From: Phoronis australis | Taxonomy: Eukaryota; Animalia; Phoronida | Direction: 5' to 3' | DNA length: 64,000 nucleotides | NCBI GenBank assembly: GCA_002633005.1 | Contig: NMRA01000720.1 | Coordinates: forward strand, 1-64,000 | In this document: in pieces, positions 1 through 13,199 of the stretch | How the letters are laid out: each line of letters begins with the position of its first letter | How positions within the stretch are numbered: position 1 is the first letter of the stretch | The notes under the pieces: generated by a model | Databases searched by the model: none | Told to the model about the DNA's origin: nothing | What the model saw: only the letters and a program-made list of their open reading frames with translations | Position numbers and translations under genes: made by a program

Positions 1-922
1 TGTATTTAATGTTGTTTGACCTCTGTTGGACTGTGTGGCGGATTTTTAACTTATGAATGCTGTGATTATGAAATAAGATTTCAACATAGCTTGGGTATAA
101 TGTGCAAGCTTACATAACATATCTGCTCATCATTTGCTGTTGCGTATGCTATAGTGTAGTGTATATTAAGCTCTGTGTTAGTGATGTCATCTAAAACTGC
201 CTGCAAAGTCCTAGCATTGCTCTTGTAATCTATGTAACTTGTGGCACATGTGCGCAGCTTTGATTACTGGATATATTGCTACTATTTTTACTGATGAATT
301 GTTTCGAGTGAACTACTTTTGTGAAACGCTCCTTCGTTTAGTCATCCGAATTCTCAGTGTTGGAGGTGGTCTTTGATTGATGCATATTATACTTTTGTCA
401 ATTTTATTATATTTCTTTTGGTAATGAGGAGATATTCAATTCACAACTGCATGGTATAAAATTTGAGCTTTGTCAGACATCTAGTTCTGCCCACCTTTGC
501 AGCTTCATTTCAAGAGGTATGGAGCGTGAGAAACAGGCTAAATTATTAAAAGGAGTTCTCCGCAACTAAAACAGAATTCAACATGCTGACCTAGTATTTC
601 TAGTGTTTGTTCATACAGTTTTTATTTCATGTTGATATCAAAACATTATCTTTTAGTGAATTCCTCTGTACCAGATGGTACTTTCCTCAGGAATTGCTTA
701 AAAGATATGTTTGTCGAGCTTTGCGTTCCATGCCTCTTTAAAAAGTTTCCAATTCTCAGGTTATTACCAGGTCCTCATCTACCGTGTGTCCTAATAGAAC
801 CAAATTTTGAGCAATTGGACCTTCAATTAAAGTAAGCAAGCAGGCACGGGTGTCTCTTAATTTGCTAACAACAGCTGTGTGAGTTCATAAATGTGTCATT
901 GAAATGGCTCTATTTTTTGTAG

Positions 923-1003
923 AACGGTGAGCCGATATATTCATACACAGTCATAACAGTGGAATCTTCAACAGCTATGTCACATATCCATCACAGAATG
1001 CCT
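923..1003 (+). CDS. HMCES: HMCES internal exon (NGEPIYSYTVITVESSTAMSHIHHRMP)
   Basis: Acceptor ttttttgtag at 913-922 and donor GTAAGT at 1004; 81 nt, phase 0-0. The peptide matches the SRAP motif YSYTIITV...IHHRMP recalled from HMCES. Confidence 0.9.
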
Positions 1004-3086
1004 GTAAGTTGAACACTGTACTCAGCTATGTCACATATCCATCACAGAATGCCTGTAAGTTGAACACTGTACTCAGCTATGTCACATATCCATCACAGAA
1101 TGCCTGTAAGTTGAACACTGTACTCAGCTATGTCACATATCCATCACAGAATGCCTGTAAGTTGAACACTGTACTCAGCTATGTCACATATCCATCACAG
1201 AATGCCTGTAAGTTGAACACTGTACTCAGCTATGTCACATATCCATCACAGAATGCCTGTAAGTTGAACACTGTACTCAGCTATGTCACATATCCATCAC
1301 AGAATGCCTGTAAGTTGAACACTGTACTCAGCTATGTCACATATCCATCACAGAATGCCTGTAAGTTGAACACTGTACTCAGCTATGTCACATATCCATC
1401 ACAGAATGCCTGTAAGTTGAACACTGTACTCAGCTATGTCACATATCCATCACAGAATGCCTGTAAGTTGAACACTGTACTCAGCTATGTCACATATCCA
1501 TCACAGAATGCCTGTAAGTTGAACACTGTACTCAGCTATGTCACATATCCATCACAGAATGCCTGTAAGTTGAACACTGTACTCAGCTATGTCACATATC
1601 CATCACAGAATGCCTGTAAGTTGAACACTGTACTCAGCTATGTCACATATCCATCACAGAATGCCTGTAAGTTGAACACTGTACTCAGCTATGTCACATA
1701 TCCATCACAGAATGCCTGTAAGTTGAACACTGTACTCAGCTATGTCACATATCCATCACAGAATGCCTGTAAGTTGAACACTGTACTCAGCTATGTCACA
1801 TATCCATCACAGAATGCCTGTAAGTTGAACACTGTACTCAGCTATGTCACATATCCATCACAGAATGCCTGTAAGTTGAACACTGTACTCAGCTATGTCA
1901 CATATCCATCACAGAATGCCTGTAAGTTGAACACTGTACTCAGCTATGTCACATATCCATCACAGAATGCCTGTAAGTTGAACACTGTACTCAGCTATGT
2001 CACATATCCATCACAGAATGCCTGTAAGTTGAACACTGTACTCAGCTATGTCACATATCCATCACAGAATGCCTGTAAGTTGAACACTGTACTCAGCTAT
2101 GTCACATATCCATCACAGAATGCCTGTAAGTTGAACACTGTACTCAGCTATGTCACATATCCATCACAGAATGCCTGTAAGTTGAACACTGTACTCAGCT
2201 ATGTCACATATCCATCACAGAATGCCTGTAAGTTGAACACTGTACTCAGCTATGTCACATATCCATCACAGAATGCCTGTAAGTTGAACACTGTACTCAG
2301 CTATGTCACATATCCATCACAGAATGCCTGTAAGTTGAACACTGTACTCAGCTATGTCACATATCCATCACAGAATGCCTGTAAGTTGAACACTGTACTC
2401 AGCTATGTCACATATCCATCACAGAATGCCTGTAAGTTGAACACTGTACTCAGCTATGTCACATATCCATCACAGAATGCCTGTAAGTTGAACACTGTAC
2501 TCAGCTATGTCACATATCCATCACAGAATGCCTGTAAGTTGAACACTGTACTCAGCTATGTCACATATCCATCACAGAATGCCTGTAAGTTGAACACTGT
2601 ACTCAGCTATGTCACATATCCATCACAGAATGCCTGTAAGTTGAACACTGTACTCAGCTATGTCACATATCCATCACAGAATGCCTGTAAGTTGAACACT
2701 GTACTCAGCTATGTCACATATCCATCACAGAATGCCTGTAAGTTGAACACTGTACTCAGCTATGTCACATATCCATCACAGAATGCCTGTAAGTTGAACA
2801 CTGTACTCAGCTATGTCACATATCCATCACAGAATGCCTGTAAGTTGAACACTGTACTCAGCTATGTCACATATCCATCACAGAATGCCTGTAAGTTGAA
2901 CACTGTACTCAGCTATGTCACATATCCATCACAGAATGCCTGTAAGTTGAACACTGTACTCAGCTATGTCACATATCCATCACAGAATGCCTGTAAGTTG
3001 AACAGTGTACTCAGCTATGTCACATATCCATCACAGAATGCCTGTAAGTTGAACACTGTACTCGGCTATGCAACCCATCCATCACA
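972..3086. repeat. Near-perfect 51-bp tandem array, 41 full copies plus a diverged partial copy
   Basis: Unit CAGCTATGTCACATATCCATCACAGAATGCCTGTAAGTTGAACACTGTACT; only one variant seen (aacagtg near 3004). The unit is the HMCES exon end plus its donor site. Confidence 0.98.
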
Positions 3087-3483
3087 CAGTAAATTCTCAC
3101 CCAGTGTACCAGAAGTTCCACATAATTAGTGATAATGTCTTCACAGAACAGTTGACAACACTACACCACTTATCAGTTGTCAAAGGCTCAATTACCTCCA
3201 GAAGTATATGCCATGAAATTACTACCAGTGTATTGGATTGTGCCAGCTGTTCATTACAAAACTTGAACAATGAAGTAAAGTTTTATTTGAATTGATCAAC
3301 TTAAAACTGTCCCGACAGTAACTTACAAAGTTTTATACCTTAGGATCAATATTGAAATGACTTTTTCACTCTCCATCATCCGCAATGTTTATGTTTTGAA
3401 AAAACACTATAAGAGCATTATTAAGTTACATAGTTCCAAATGAACTGCATAGCTGTAAATCTGGTGTGTGTGCTATTTGTCAG

Positions 3484-3659
3484 GCCATCTTGGAGTCACC
3501 AGATGAAGTGCGCGATTGGTTGGATTGTGGTCATGTGCCCGCCAAACAAGCTCTTCAATTGATTCACTCATCTACAGACATCTGCTGCCACCCAGTGTCA
3601 ACTGAAGTGAACAACTCTAGAAATAACTCTGCAAACAACATAGTCCCTGTAACTATAAA
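3484..3659 (+). CDS. HMCES: HMCES internal exon (AILESPDEVRDWLDCGHV...HPVSTEVNNSRNNS...)
   Basis: Acceptor tttgtcag and donor AA|GTAAGT. Continues RMP|AIL in phase 0. Contains the WLD and VS..VNNSRNN SRAP motifs. Confidence 0.92.
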
Positions 3660-3899
3660 GTAAGTGTTACGGGTGTGACTGTCACTTCTGTAGTAATTTC
3701 CACAGCAGGTCTGTCCAATTTTCTAGATTGTAAAGATGCCTTTGAGCGAAAGTTGTAAATTAACGATTGAAACCCATTTCAAGGAGAAAGGGTCGGGAGG
3801 AAGAATAATTACAATGGAGTTCTAAGGAAAAGGGTCGTGCCACTGTAAATAGACTTGTTGCTAAAATACTAAACGCAGGGTCTGCTGCGCTTAAAAGTA

Positions 3900-4660
3900 G
3901 CAGTCAAAAGAAAACAGTGAACGTGATTCAGTCTCATGAGGACAATCGGGGGGAATCACTAATCTCTGTGAGAAGTAGCGAGCGATTTACTTGCTATCAA
4001 GTCTTCTGCACCAAGAATGGAAAAAAACAGGAGCTAAAACTCTTCAACAGAATGTGGGTATCACGGAGATATCAAAATGTTAGAAGGAAATTAAAAAAAA
4101 ACTCGATACCGCTACTTGCCTGACCGCTATTAAGCCACTGATGTGAAGGGAATCATTTTCACTGATAAAAAAGACTTTACGCTAGAAATCGCTAAATCTT
4201 GCCAAAACAATCGTGTGTTTGGGAAACAAAAACAAGAAATTCTCAACTCCATCATGAGACTTCAAGTTAACAGTCAACGCTCCCCGCTGTTATTGGATGA
4301 AAATATTCTCCCGGATTGCAGGAGACTACAACAATTACATGATTACATGATGACAATTACAAGATGGGGCTCCTTCACACACGAGCAAGACAACCCAGGC
4401 TCATCAAAATTTATCAGGATGGATGAGCCGCCTTTGCTTAGTCATGACTGCAATCCAATGGACTATGTCAAATGGGACTCTCTGCAAGAGACACTTTACT
4501 GGGAATGAGAGGCAAATTGTCTGAGCAGGAGTTAAAGACGGGATAATTATGTTATGGGAGGAAATACCGATGATTAGGAAATATGAAAAAGCATTTCTGG
4601 TTGTTAGAAATGGCTTCATATAGTCGTGGAGGAAGATGGGAGCCACATTTAGCCTCGACT
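3900..4660 (+). mobile_element. Decayed Tc1/mariner-superfamily transposase fragment in an HMCES intron
   Basis: Frameshifted pieces IIFTDKKDF, QDGAPSH and PP.SHDCNPMDY..WDSL resemble DDD/E catalytic motifs. Element ends were not identified. Confidence 0.65.
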
Positions 4661-5107
4661 TAAATTAGCAAGCTTCTCTTTTGATATTTATTTTTTTTAC
4701 CTGATGTTTTAATTTGACACTACTCTCACAACTGGACACAGATCTCTTTTATATTTTGCACATTTGTTGATGATATTCTACAATTCATCTGTAAGCGATT
4801 TGAAAAAATTTGGTGTAACCGTTGCTGAAAAATTACTTGTCAAAAAGTGGCTCATTTTTGGGGCATTTAATATGTAAACATGTAAGGTAATGGTTGCCAT
4901 CCAGTTGCTGTATTATGACTATGAGATACCAACTGACCTAGTTAAGCTTGAAAATGTTGACCTCCTGAATTAAAGATTATCTATCTAATTTTGCCATAGT
5001 TTGCTGCTCAAGGCAACAGGATCGACATTTAATCGTGGTTAATATTGGGAAGACTGTATGCCTGGCATAAGTCTCCGAGTTCAGCTTCAGATCTCACTGT
5101 TTTTCAG

Positions 5108-5396
5108 AAAACCACAAGAGAGCGCTAGTGGTAAGTTTATGAAGGCATGGATGTCAAAAGGAAACAAAGAGGTCAAAGATAAAATCAATTCTTCACTTCC
5201 TGTGCATGACAAAAATGACAACATTGATAAGCTTGTTTCGATTGAAACTGTAAAAACGTCACTGGGAAAGTCAGCAATCAATTCTAAGAAGGGTGATCAA
5301 CCCAAATGTGGGCCTCTTGATATGTGGGTCAAAAGGTCACCAGTGAAGACGAAAGCTGAAAGTGAAGACATAAAAGAGAAAAAGGTGAAAATATAG
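5108..5396 (+). CDS. HMCES: HMCES terminal exon (KPQESASGKFMKAWMSK...GPLDMWVKRSP...KVKI*)
   Basis: Acceptor ttttcag; the phase-2 join is in frame. Two W-containing motifs (MKAWM, LDMWVKR) resemble the HMCES C-terminal tail. Stop TAG at 5394-5396. Confidence 0.85.
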
Positions 5397-5863
5397 GTCA
5401 CAGTAGTGCATGGCTTTGCTGGGTACTTGTAATCATTAGTTGAATGACAGGCCTGCCAACGTTGATATGAAGTAGCAGTGTATTGATATATTTATGGTAT
5501 TGCCATTAGATATTGAAGTCAATAGCAGGGCTCAGGTAGCATGTTATCACTATATAGCCTTATGATGAGATGTAAGCTTGTAATGAACCTTTTGTACCAC
5601 TCCTCTCATCAATTAAAACTATACTAAACCCAGTTTTTACCTAGTGATAGATATTAAAAATAACATTCCTGCCCAATTTCATCAAACAATCTTGTAAACC
5701 TTGGCTACCCTCAAGAGTTTGGAGCAGGATTTGAAAGATCCTTAACATGTCTAGTAATTGACCCAGGATTTTGAGTGACAGCTTAATTGACCAATCAGAA
5801 CGCAGCATTCTTGACACACTTTTATTTCCAAACTGCCATTTTACTGGAATAACAACAGCCTCC

Positions 5864-6004
5864 CGTTCAGTAACGCTAGGACCTCGCTAAAAAGCAAGAC
5901 TTCGCGAGATTACGTGAGAAATTGCCATGTATTTCAAATGAGAACACGTGACTTTGACTAGGTTTTAGCTAGGTCCTAGCGTAGGTCCTAGCGTCTACTG
6001 AACA
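5864..6004. mobile_element. Small inverted-repeat element (MITE-like)
   Basis: gttcagtaacgctaggacct ... aggtcctagcgtctactgaac imperfect terminal inverted repeat. Confidence 0.45.
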
Positions 6005-7593
6005 CAAGCCAGGTTGCCCAGTAAAACTTATTGTTTATTAGTCGACATTACATAAGGGGGCGGAGCTTGTGATAGGTCAATTGGGCAAGCCTGTGCCATG
6101 CTTTAGGCAAGTTAGACAGCAAGTGTAGGGAAAGACCACTCACCAAGAAGCAAAATATCTCAGTCTTTGAGACTGAGAGTAACTATGTGTTTTAATGTTA
6201 TCATATGTCTTTTTTATTACTTTGGACTGGAGGGACACCAGTGATATGATAGCAGGAAAGAACAAGGATTGGTTGAAATGAAAAGGTCATTTTTGTATTG
6301 TTTTGAAATGTTTGCAGATAAAAAGCCTTGTACATTGTATTTACTTGGTGTTTTCGTATTAAGAATATGGAGTAGCTTATCCACAATTCTCTTTGATTAG
6401 CCATGTATCTATACAAAACCACACATTTTAACATGGTAAAAGTTTATTTTTTCTGAAAGTAGAAAGCTGGTAGAATTTGACTTTTGCCTTTTTATCAATT
6501 TGTGACTTGGTGACTTCCATGGAAAGTAACTTGCAGGGCTTGGAATTTTCATCTTTTTTGGTTTTGACTTGCTTTTATTTGATTTCCAGTTTTCTCTTTT
6601 TTCATCTTTGTTCATCATTATTTTGACTTTGTACATGCAAAAACGTTTTATTACACTTTAATTTTACAACACACAATGTATTGCTATCACACAACCCTGT
6701 TTATTTGTGTAACGATTCGTCACCTGGAAATTGTGCCAACCTTTCAGGACAGTGACAACTGCATAAAAAGCTGCATAAAAAGCTGAAAATCCCCTATCTT
6801 GCATTTCGAAAAACCAATATTAACACAACTTTGATATGTCATTACCTCTGTATGCTCCTCACTCACATGGGAACATTTGTATCAAACATTACTGTATGCC
6901 ACCATGTTTCAGTCCAGTTGTTAAATGTTATCAACTGTATTTAGGAATGTCGACAACCTGCAAAAGACGCATATGCATATGTTACCTCACTCAGTCTAAC
7001 ATGGTTGCTTTTCAAACAGCGAATGCTGGGCAGTGGTTTGTAAGATATTGTGACAATGCAAGTGGTATGGACAGTACTAATTCACTGGGCCACTTTTGTC
7101 TGTATATCATAAAGTCTTAACATACATTTACGTATTGTTATGTGGGTCTGTAGCAGAGAAAGGCAAAAATATCGTAGGCCAGAAAAGTCTAATCATCTCT
7201 ATTAGAACATTCAAACTTGTCAACAAAACCTCAGAAAGTTCTGATTGTCATCAATATTTAGACCTGATGACATCACACAGCATACCAATGAAAAACTAAT
7301 ATTCATTAAATTGCGCGTTAAAAATTAAATTAGTATTTCCACTTTATTTGCCAAAATAACACTTTTACTCAACAAGTGTTATCTGAACTTCTTTCTTAAT
7401 CAGATAAAAAGGGATTATTGATCCCTGTTTAAGGCCATGCTGTTCAGATAAAAAGGGATTATTGATCCCTGTTTAAGGCCATGCTGTTAACGATTGACGA
7501 TGTCATAAGCGCGATATTTATGAAAAACACTTCCACCAATTTCGAGCAAATTGCGAGCTCTGAGCACTGGCGTATACAGGGGGGGGGGGGGNC

Positions 7594-8505
7594 TATTAGT
7601 AGTATTGCCTTTAGTTTTAGTTCTTAAAGAATCATTTCGTGTAATTGAGCGGACTTTGTCAAACTGTTTGTGTATAAGATGTAAGGGGAAATGACGATGA
7701 ATTAGATAGTACTTGAGTTCTTTAACTATGTTCAATCCATGTTTAAACGGATTTAGCCACGTCTTCAAAAACATCTTTCTACGCTGCATATTTCCCCTCA
7801 AATGAAAAACCTATTTCCTCATTCACCTATAATTTCTTGGAGAAAATGTAAAATTCTAAAAAATTATTTAGTTAAAGCTAATATCGACAATATACACCAA
7901 ACTGACAAACCTATTGGCAACACACAATGTAACAAAACTAGGTGTAAAATGTGTAACTTCATCAACGATAACACTTTTTTCCAGTCTTCCCAAGCCAATG
8001 AAAACTTTGAAATAAAACATTATTCTAATTGCACCACCAACAATATTATTTACCTTATAACTTGTAAAAAATGTTCTAACTCAACATAATCTACAAACTC
8101 GGTTTCGTAATCATAGATTTAACATAATACATAAAAACATTTATGATACTATATAGGTAATCATTTCAATTCCAAAAACCATAATATTCAAGATCTTTCT
8201 GTACAAATAATAGAAAAACTCCAGCATCCCAGTACCCCTCACAGACTTAAAAGAGAACAATATTGGATAGACAAACTTAACACAATAGAACCTCATGGAT
8301 TGAACATAAAAACTTCTTAAAATATGTCATTGAATTTTTTACGCAAAAATGTATCATTTTCATTACACCATATCTTATATGTCAATTGTCATTTTGTGTT
8401 TGATTTTACTTTATTTCTGTTTTTGTTGACAAAGGAAGTTATTACATCCGAAAATTTCAAATTTCAGTTGATCCATTCTTGTTGTGTTACTTACCGATTT
8501 AGATT
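7594..8505 (+). mobile_element. 5'-truncated Penelope-like element (GIY-YIG region plus pseudo-LTR) with an inverted 5' piece
   Basis: CNKTRCKMC, NIIYLITCKKC, HFNSKNH and REQYWIDKLNTIEPHGLN motifs. About 7594-7723 is inverted relative to the rest. Highly similar to 15200-16085. Confidence 0.85.
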
Positions 8506-10005
8506 CAAGAGTCACGATTGGCAGTGATTGGAACTGACCTCGTTTGCAAACAATGCAATCAATGTCTTAAGAACTATTCATCTTTTGTACACATTTTTAG
8601 AAATGGTTACTATAGGGACGCATTAAAATAGGTTATGAATGCCAGTTCCACGTTATTAGCAGACATTCAGAGAAGTAAAGACGTGGTTTTGCAATAGTGA
8701 ACGTTGGGAGAAATGCTAGTATCTAACTTTGGAAATCTCTTCCATCAAGTTTTTCGCTCGTATGAAGTCTGCGAGGTTGTGCACCATTGACAATAATATA
8801 CAAGAGANAACAATATTGGATAGACAAACTTAACACAATAGAACCTCATGGATTGAACATAAAAACTTCTTAAAATATGTCATTGAATTTTTTACGCAAA
8901 AATGTATCATTTTCATTACACCATATCTTATATGTCAATTGTCATTTTGTGTTTGATTTTACTTTATTTCTGTTTTTGTTAACAAAGGAAGTTATTACAT
9001 CCGAAAATTTCAAATTTCAGTTGATCCATTCTTGTTGTGTTAGTTACCGATTTAGATTCAAGAGTCACGATTGGCAGTGATTGGAACTGACCTCGTTTGC
9101 AAACAATGCAATCAATGTCTTAAGAACTATTCATCTTTTGTGCACATTTTTAGAAATGGTTACTATAGGGCCGCATTAAAATAGGTTATGAATGCCAGTT
9201 CCACGTTATTAGCAGACATTCAGAGAAGTAAATTTTCGGACTTGTGAAGACGTGGTTTTGCAATAGTGAACGTTGGGAGAAATGCTAGTATCTAACTTTG
9301 GAAATCTCTTCCATCAAGTTTTTCGCTCGTATGAAGTCTGCGAGGTTGTGCACCATTGACAATAATATACAAGAGATTTTTTTCTTCGTTGACCAAATAT
9401 TTTTATTAAGTCTTATCCTTCTTTTATCGAATGATGTGATTAACTTGCTAGTAGGCAGGCTTTCTCAGTGCAAGAAAACGCTGTGGTTAAGTGTGTGCTT
9501 TTTGAGCAACGACAGAGGACTGCCTATTCAAGATACATGTATATGTGAGTATACTGCATTTAGAAAATGGAAACGCACACATCGCACACATGTCAACCCA
9601 CCAATTCACAACCAAAGCGTGCACTGGATGAAGAACATATTCAACGATCACCTGCAATTCGAAAATGAAGAAGCCTGCACATCACGTCATGCTGGCAACT
9701 ATACCGAAAAATCAAACACAGTGTAACGAACCTTTTCTTTTGCTGTTTTATTGGTTGAACGATTTTAAGCTATTCACACATTATGCCTACTTTTGAAGGA
9801 CTTTCGCTAGTATATTAAGTAACAGCAGGAAGAGATCTTCCTGGTAATAGGCATTTAGTCCTATAGGCTCGTGTTGCCCCACATGGAACAGTCACCATCA
9901 CGCGCGTTCAATGTCGTAGTCAAAGGCATATGATAAATAGTAAAGAACCTTTAATCGTCGTGTGCACGAACCTGTAATCTAGTACTCAAATACATAGCCA
10001 CTGGG

Positions 10006-10167
10006 CAGTGCTGTAGTGGGGCGTAGGCGCACGTAGGCACAGCCAACCACCTTTCGGCATTTGAACGTAGCGTCTAGGTACCGTAATTTACCTTCAGTGC
10101 TCAATGTGATGCGATGGGCTTTGGGCGCCTACTTACATGTACATCTAATTTTACCTCTACAGCACTG
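10006..10167. mobile_element. hAT-like MITE
   Basis: TIR cagtgctgtag/ctacagcactg. Flanks ccactggg and ccactgac match at 6 of 8 positions (possible target-site duplication). Confidence 0.5.
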
Positions 10168-10631
10168 CCACTGACTTGGCGAAGTTGGTCGGGCACGGCC
10201 CGGTAAGTGAATACGTAACGCGCTTTGATTCAGACTGAAATTACTAGCTCTTTATCGACATNAAAGTGGCGGTGTTGTTCAGTAACAGGTTTCTTCCAAA
10301 TTTAAAAAATAGAAATGATAATTGATAAAGTGAAAACGCATTTGCCAAATGATCGTTTGAATACGGCGTGCAGTAAAACCAGTGGTGCACAATGTACGGT
10401 CACAGTGGAAAGATGCATACTGTACGCCTGTATGGTTTCAAGAATGTTGAAAAATAGTCCCAGTTCTTTAATATTCCGTTAGGAATGACGGAAGTCAAAT
10501 TTGGCGGTAAAATGTTTCTGAGGCTTAACTATTGAAAATATATACTGCAAACTGCATCGAATGCTCCGCGTGTATCGTTTATATTTCGTATCGTCTGCGT
10601 TCGCGTTATCGCAATTGCAGAAATAAAACTA

Positions 10632-10683
10632 ATGGACCTGCAAACGGTGGCGATTGCTTTTTGGATCTTTCTCCCAGTAAAAG
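10632..10683 (+). CDS. Three-Ig GPI-anchored cell adhesion protein (IgLON/Lachesin/DIP-like), exon 1: signal peptide MDLQTVAIAFWIFLPVK(G)
   Basis: ATG, short hydrophobic leader and phase-1 donor G|GTAATG; joins the next exon in frame. Confidence 0.75.
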
Positions 10684-11985
10684 GTAATGTAAAGGCTCTT
10701 ACCTACGTGTATAAGATATGCCGATTTAAGGTTATCGGATACCTTTGCTACCGGCACAACAGTTTTATGTCTCGTATTTTTATTGCACGCAATTGGCCTG
10801 CAGTAGGCCTAAGTCACGAAGGCCGGAGACGAGTAGGCTTTGGCCTGTGCTTAACATTGCATTCAGCCTCCCGTGCAGTAACGGTAAGCCTTCGCGATAT
10901 TACGTGAGAGATATTGCGGTGTTTTTAGATCAAACTAGTGCTGAGTTCACCTTATGACCGTATGAGTGTGTGCTTTTGACGTAAATAAGTTGTATTTCTG
11001 TAAAGAAGAACTAACTAAAACGAAGTCCAGACGAGTAAGCAGCACGCGGGTCTCCACGCCAACGGTACAGCCCAACAGTCACGGACACGTTTGCTGTATC
11101 AACAGACTGACCTAAATATAACGATACGGTACACGCACCTTACTGACACACGTACACATCTACAACAGGTAGAGTCTATACCAAAAATCGCAGATACTTT
11201 GAGATCTAGCAGATAATTTTGTTTTGGTGAGATGTAGAAAAATTTCGATTGTTAAGAATTTCCATTATTTCGCTTTTGATGACATGTACCTCCATTATCT
11301 TGAGCCGAATTAAGTAGCCGTATTTGAATGCATTTTACTTGGATATAAAGCTATATAGCTGATAACAAATGAGTGATACAACGTTAAAGGAATAAGATTG
11401 AAAAAATTAATGACATAACTTTCAAAATTCATTTTCAAATTTGTATATTTTGATTTTGGGTGGCAAAACGGCTGTTTGCAGGTTTTCACTAAAGCCATTT
11501 TGGCCAACTTTGGCACTCTGATGGCAGCCATATTTTACCTTTTCAAACTGCCTTATAGTGATTTGTCTAGTCAATCCTTACCACTTCGTAATCTAAAATA
11601 ACTTGAAAAAAATCTTTGCCTCTTTCGTGGTTTTTGCTTACGAAGCACTACATCAACTGCACTTGTCTTATTTGCCTGTTCTCAGTTGACTCAACGAACT
11701 GGCTGCCTGTTATAGTTGAAACGTGTTGTTGGCTTGGAAAAGCGATGTAAAAAGCTTGTATTTTTAGAGAAAAAGCAGACAGCGCTACTAATTACCATAT
11801 TCTTAAAACCACACTGATGATAATTGCTCATTACAAAAATTATATACATAAATTGTGAGTGGCATGCCTGCTTCGTCTAAATGATAGATGGTGTTGGTGT
11901 TTGTTGGAGACTGTGGGCTACCAGCTGAATCTTCCTTACTCGTGTTTTTCAATACTCGTTGCATGAGCTACTGTCACTGTTTCAG

Positions 11986-12066
11986 GAGGAATAATATTCA
12001 ACTCTCCAGCGGAACTGAACCCTATCGTAGGCTCCAACATCACTATTGACTGCAGATATGAAGAAC
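11986..12066 (+). CDS. Ig gene exon 2: first half of Ig1 (GIIFNSPAELNPIVGSNITIDCRYEE)
   Basis: Acceptor tttcag, donor GTAAGT, phase 1-1. Carries the G.(N)ITI.C B-strand cysteine motif. Confidence 0.85.
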
Positions 12067-13199
12067 GTAAGTAGAGTTGTATCTAGATCTGAAAATTCAG
12101 TTAGACGATTAAGAAGTCATATCTACTGATGGATACTGAAACCCTCAAGGATCGGGGTCATTTTAGGCACGGTTTTACAGTTGCTGAACCACCACAATCT
12201 GTGATTCTGTTCTGCCCACAATGCTGTGCATGCGTAAGGCAATCGTCACATCGTTCGCTGCTGTCGGGTTAACCACCACCAAAATGGGTGCTTAGTGCCA
12301 ACACGCCATAAGCGACTTTAGAGAAAATTTCCCAGGCCGTCAAATGGGGATCTGCCGTCACCATTATTTTTAAATACGCACACCAGTGTTCCATTTCTGT
12401 CGTAGATTTGCTGAGTAATGCGGCAGACGTTTTCTCTTGTGACACGTCGCCGTGTCACACGATCCACGTTTTGTTCCGTCATTGGACTCAAGAATTAAGA
12501 CTGCATGGCCGGTAACGCAAAATAACAATACCATAACAATAATAGTTGCATTATAATAAACAGAGGATACACACAACTGGCATCTTGTCAGTTAGTATAT
12601 GAATGTACACGAACGTTAGGTAGAGTATGTTCAAGGGAGACTTTTAGGCGGTTACGGGTGTGTGGCGCTTTGCACCTTACATTCAGCACAAAGTGTGCCA
12701 CACTGGTGAAATTTTATTTTGCCAAATTTCATAACAAAGATTTCGATCTGGACAGTGCAGAGGCCATAAACCAAGACGTGGTAAATTTCATGATAGTCTG
12801 GGACAAGGTAATGAACATTAGATATTACAGGTAAGATAACAAGCATTTCGTAAGTGAAGAGTCTCCATAACATGTCTATTGCTTCACTTCTGACCCGAGG
12901 ACTTCATCCAAGATTTTGTAATCTAGGCGTCCAAAATGACTCCAGTTATTTTCAAGCAGGCGTCCATTTTTCAGCTGAATGAGCGCAGAGGAATTCCATC
13001 GTATTGATTTTAGTCGCGTGGCACCCCACCAGTTTCTAAAAATTATTCAATTATTGAAACATATTTGTCTTGTGCTACGAGTAAGGTACAAATAAAACGT
13101 CTATTACATACGATATAAAAGTGATACAGTAAACCTATCAAAACCTTTTGCCCCTTTCCTTATTCAGAGAATCACGGAACTTCATGTACTATAACCTTT

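Noticed and set aside
972-3086. CRISPR-like regular repeats
   Set aside because: No unique spacers and no cas genes; the context is a eukaryotic intron.
1009-3129. 706-aa repeat ORF (LNTVLSYVTYPSQNACK)n
   Set aside because: No ATG start and essentially no variation between units. It is a chance open frame of the amplified HMCES exon/donor unit.
3466-3663. RING-finger-like reading (CAIC...CGH)
   Set aside because: CAIC lies in the intron upstream of the acceptor; the rest is the HMCES SRAP domain.
8256-9376. ~550-bp tandem duplication (also 51893-52624)
   Set aside because: Near-identical copies joined at a single n (8807, 52341) are typical of scaffolding or haplotype overlap artefacts.
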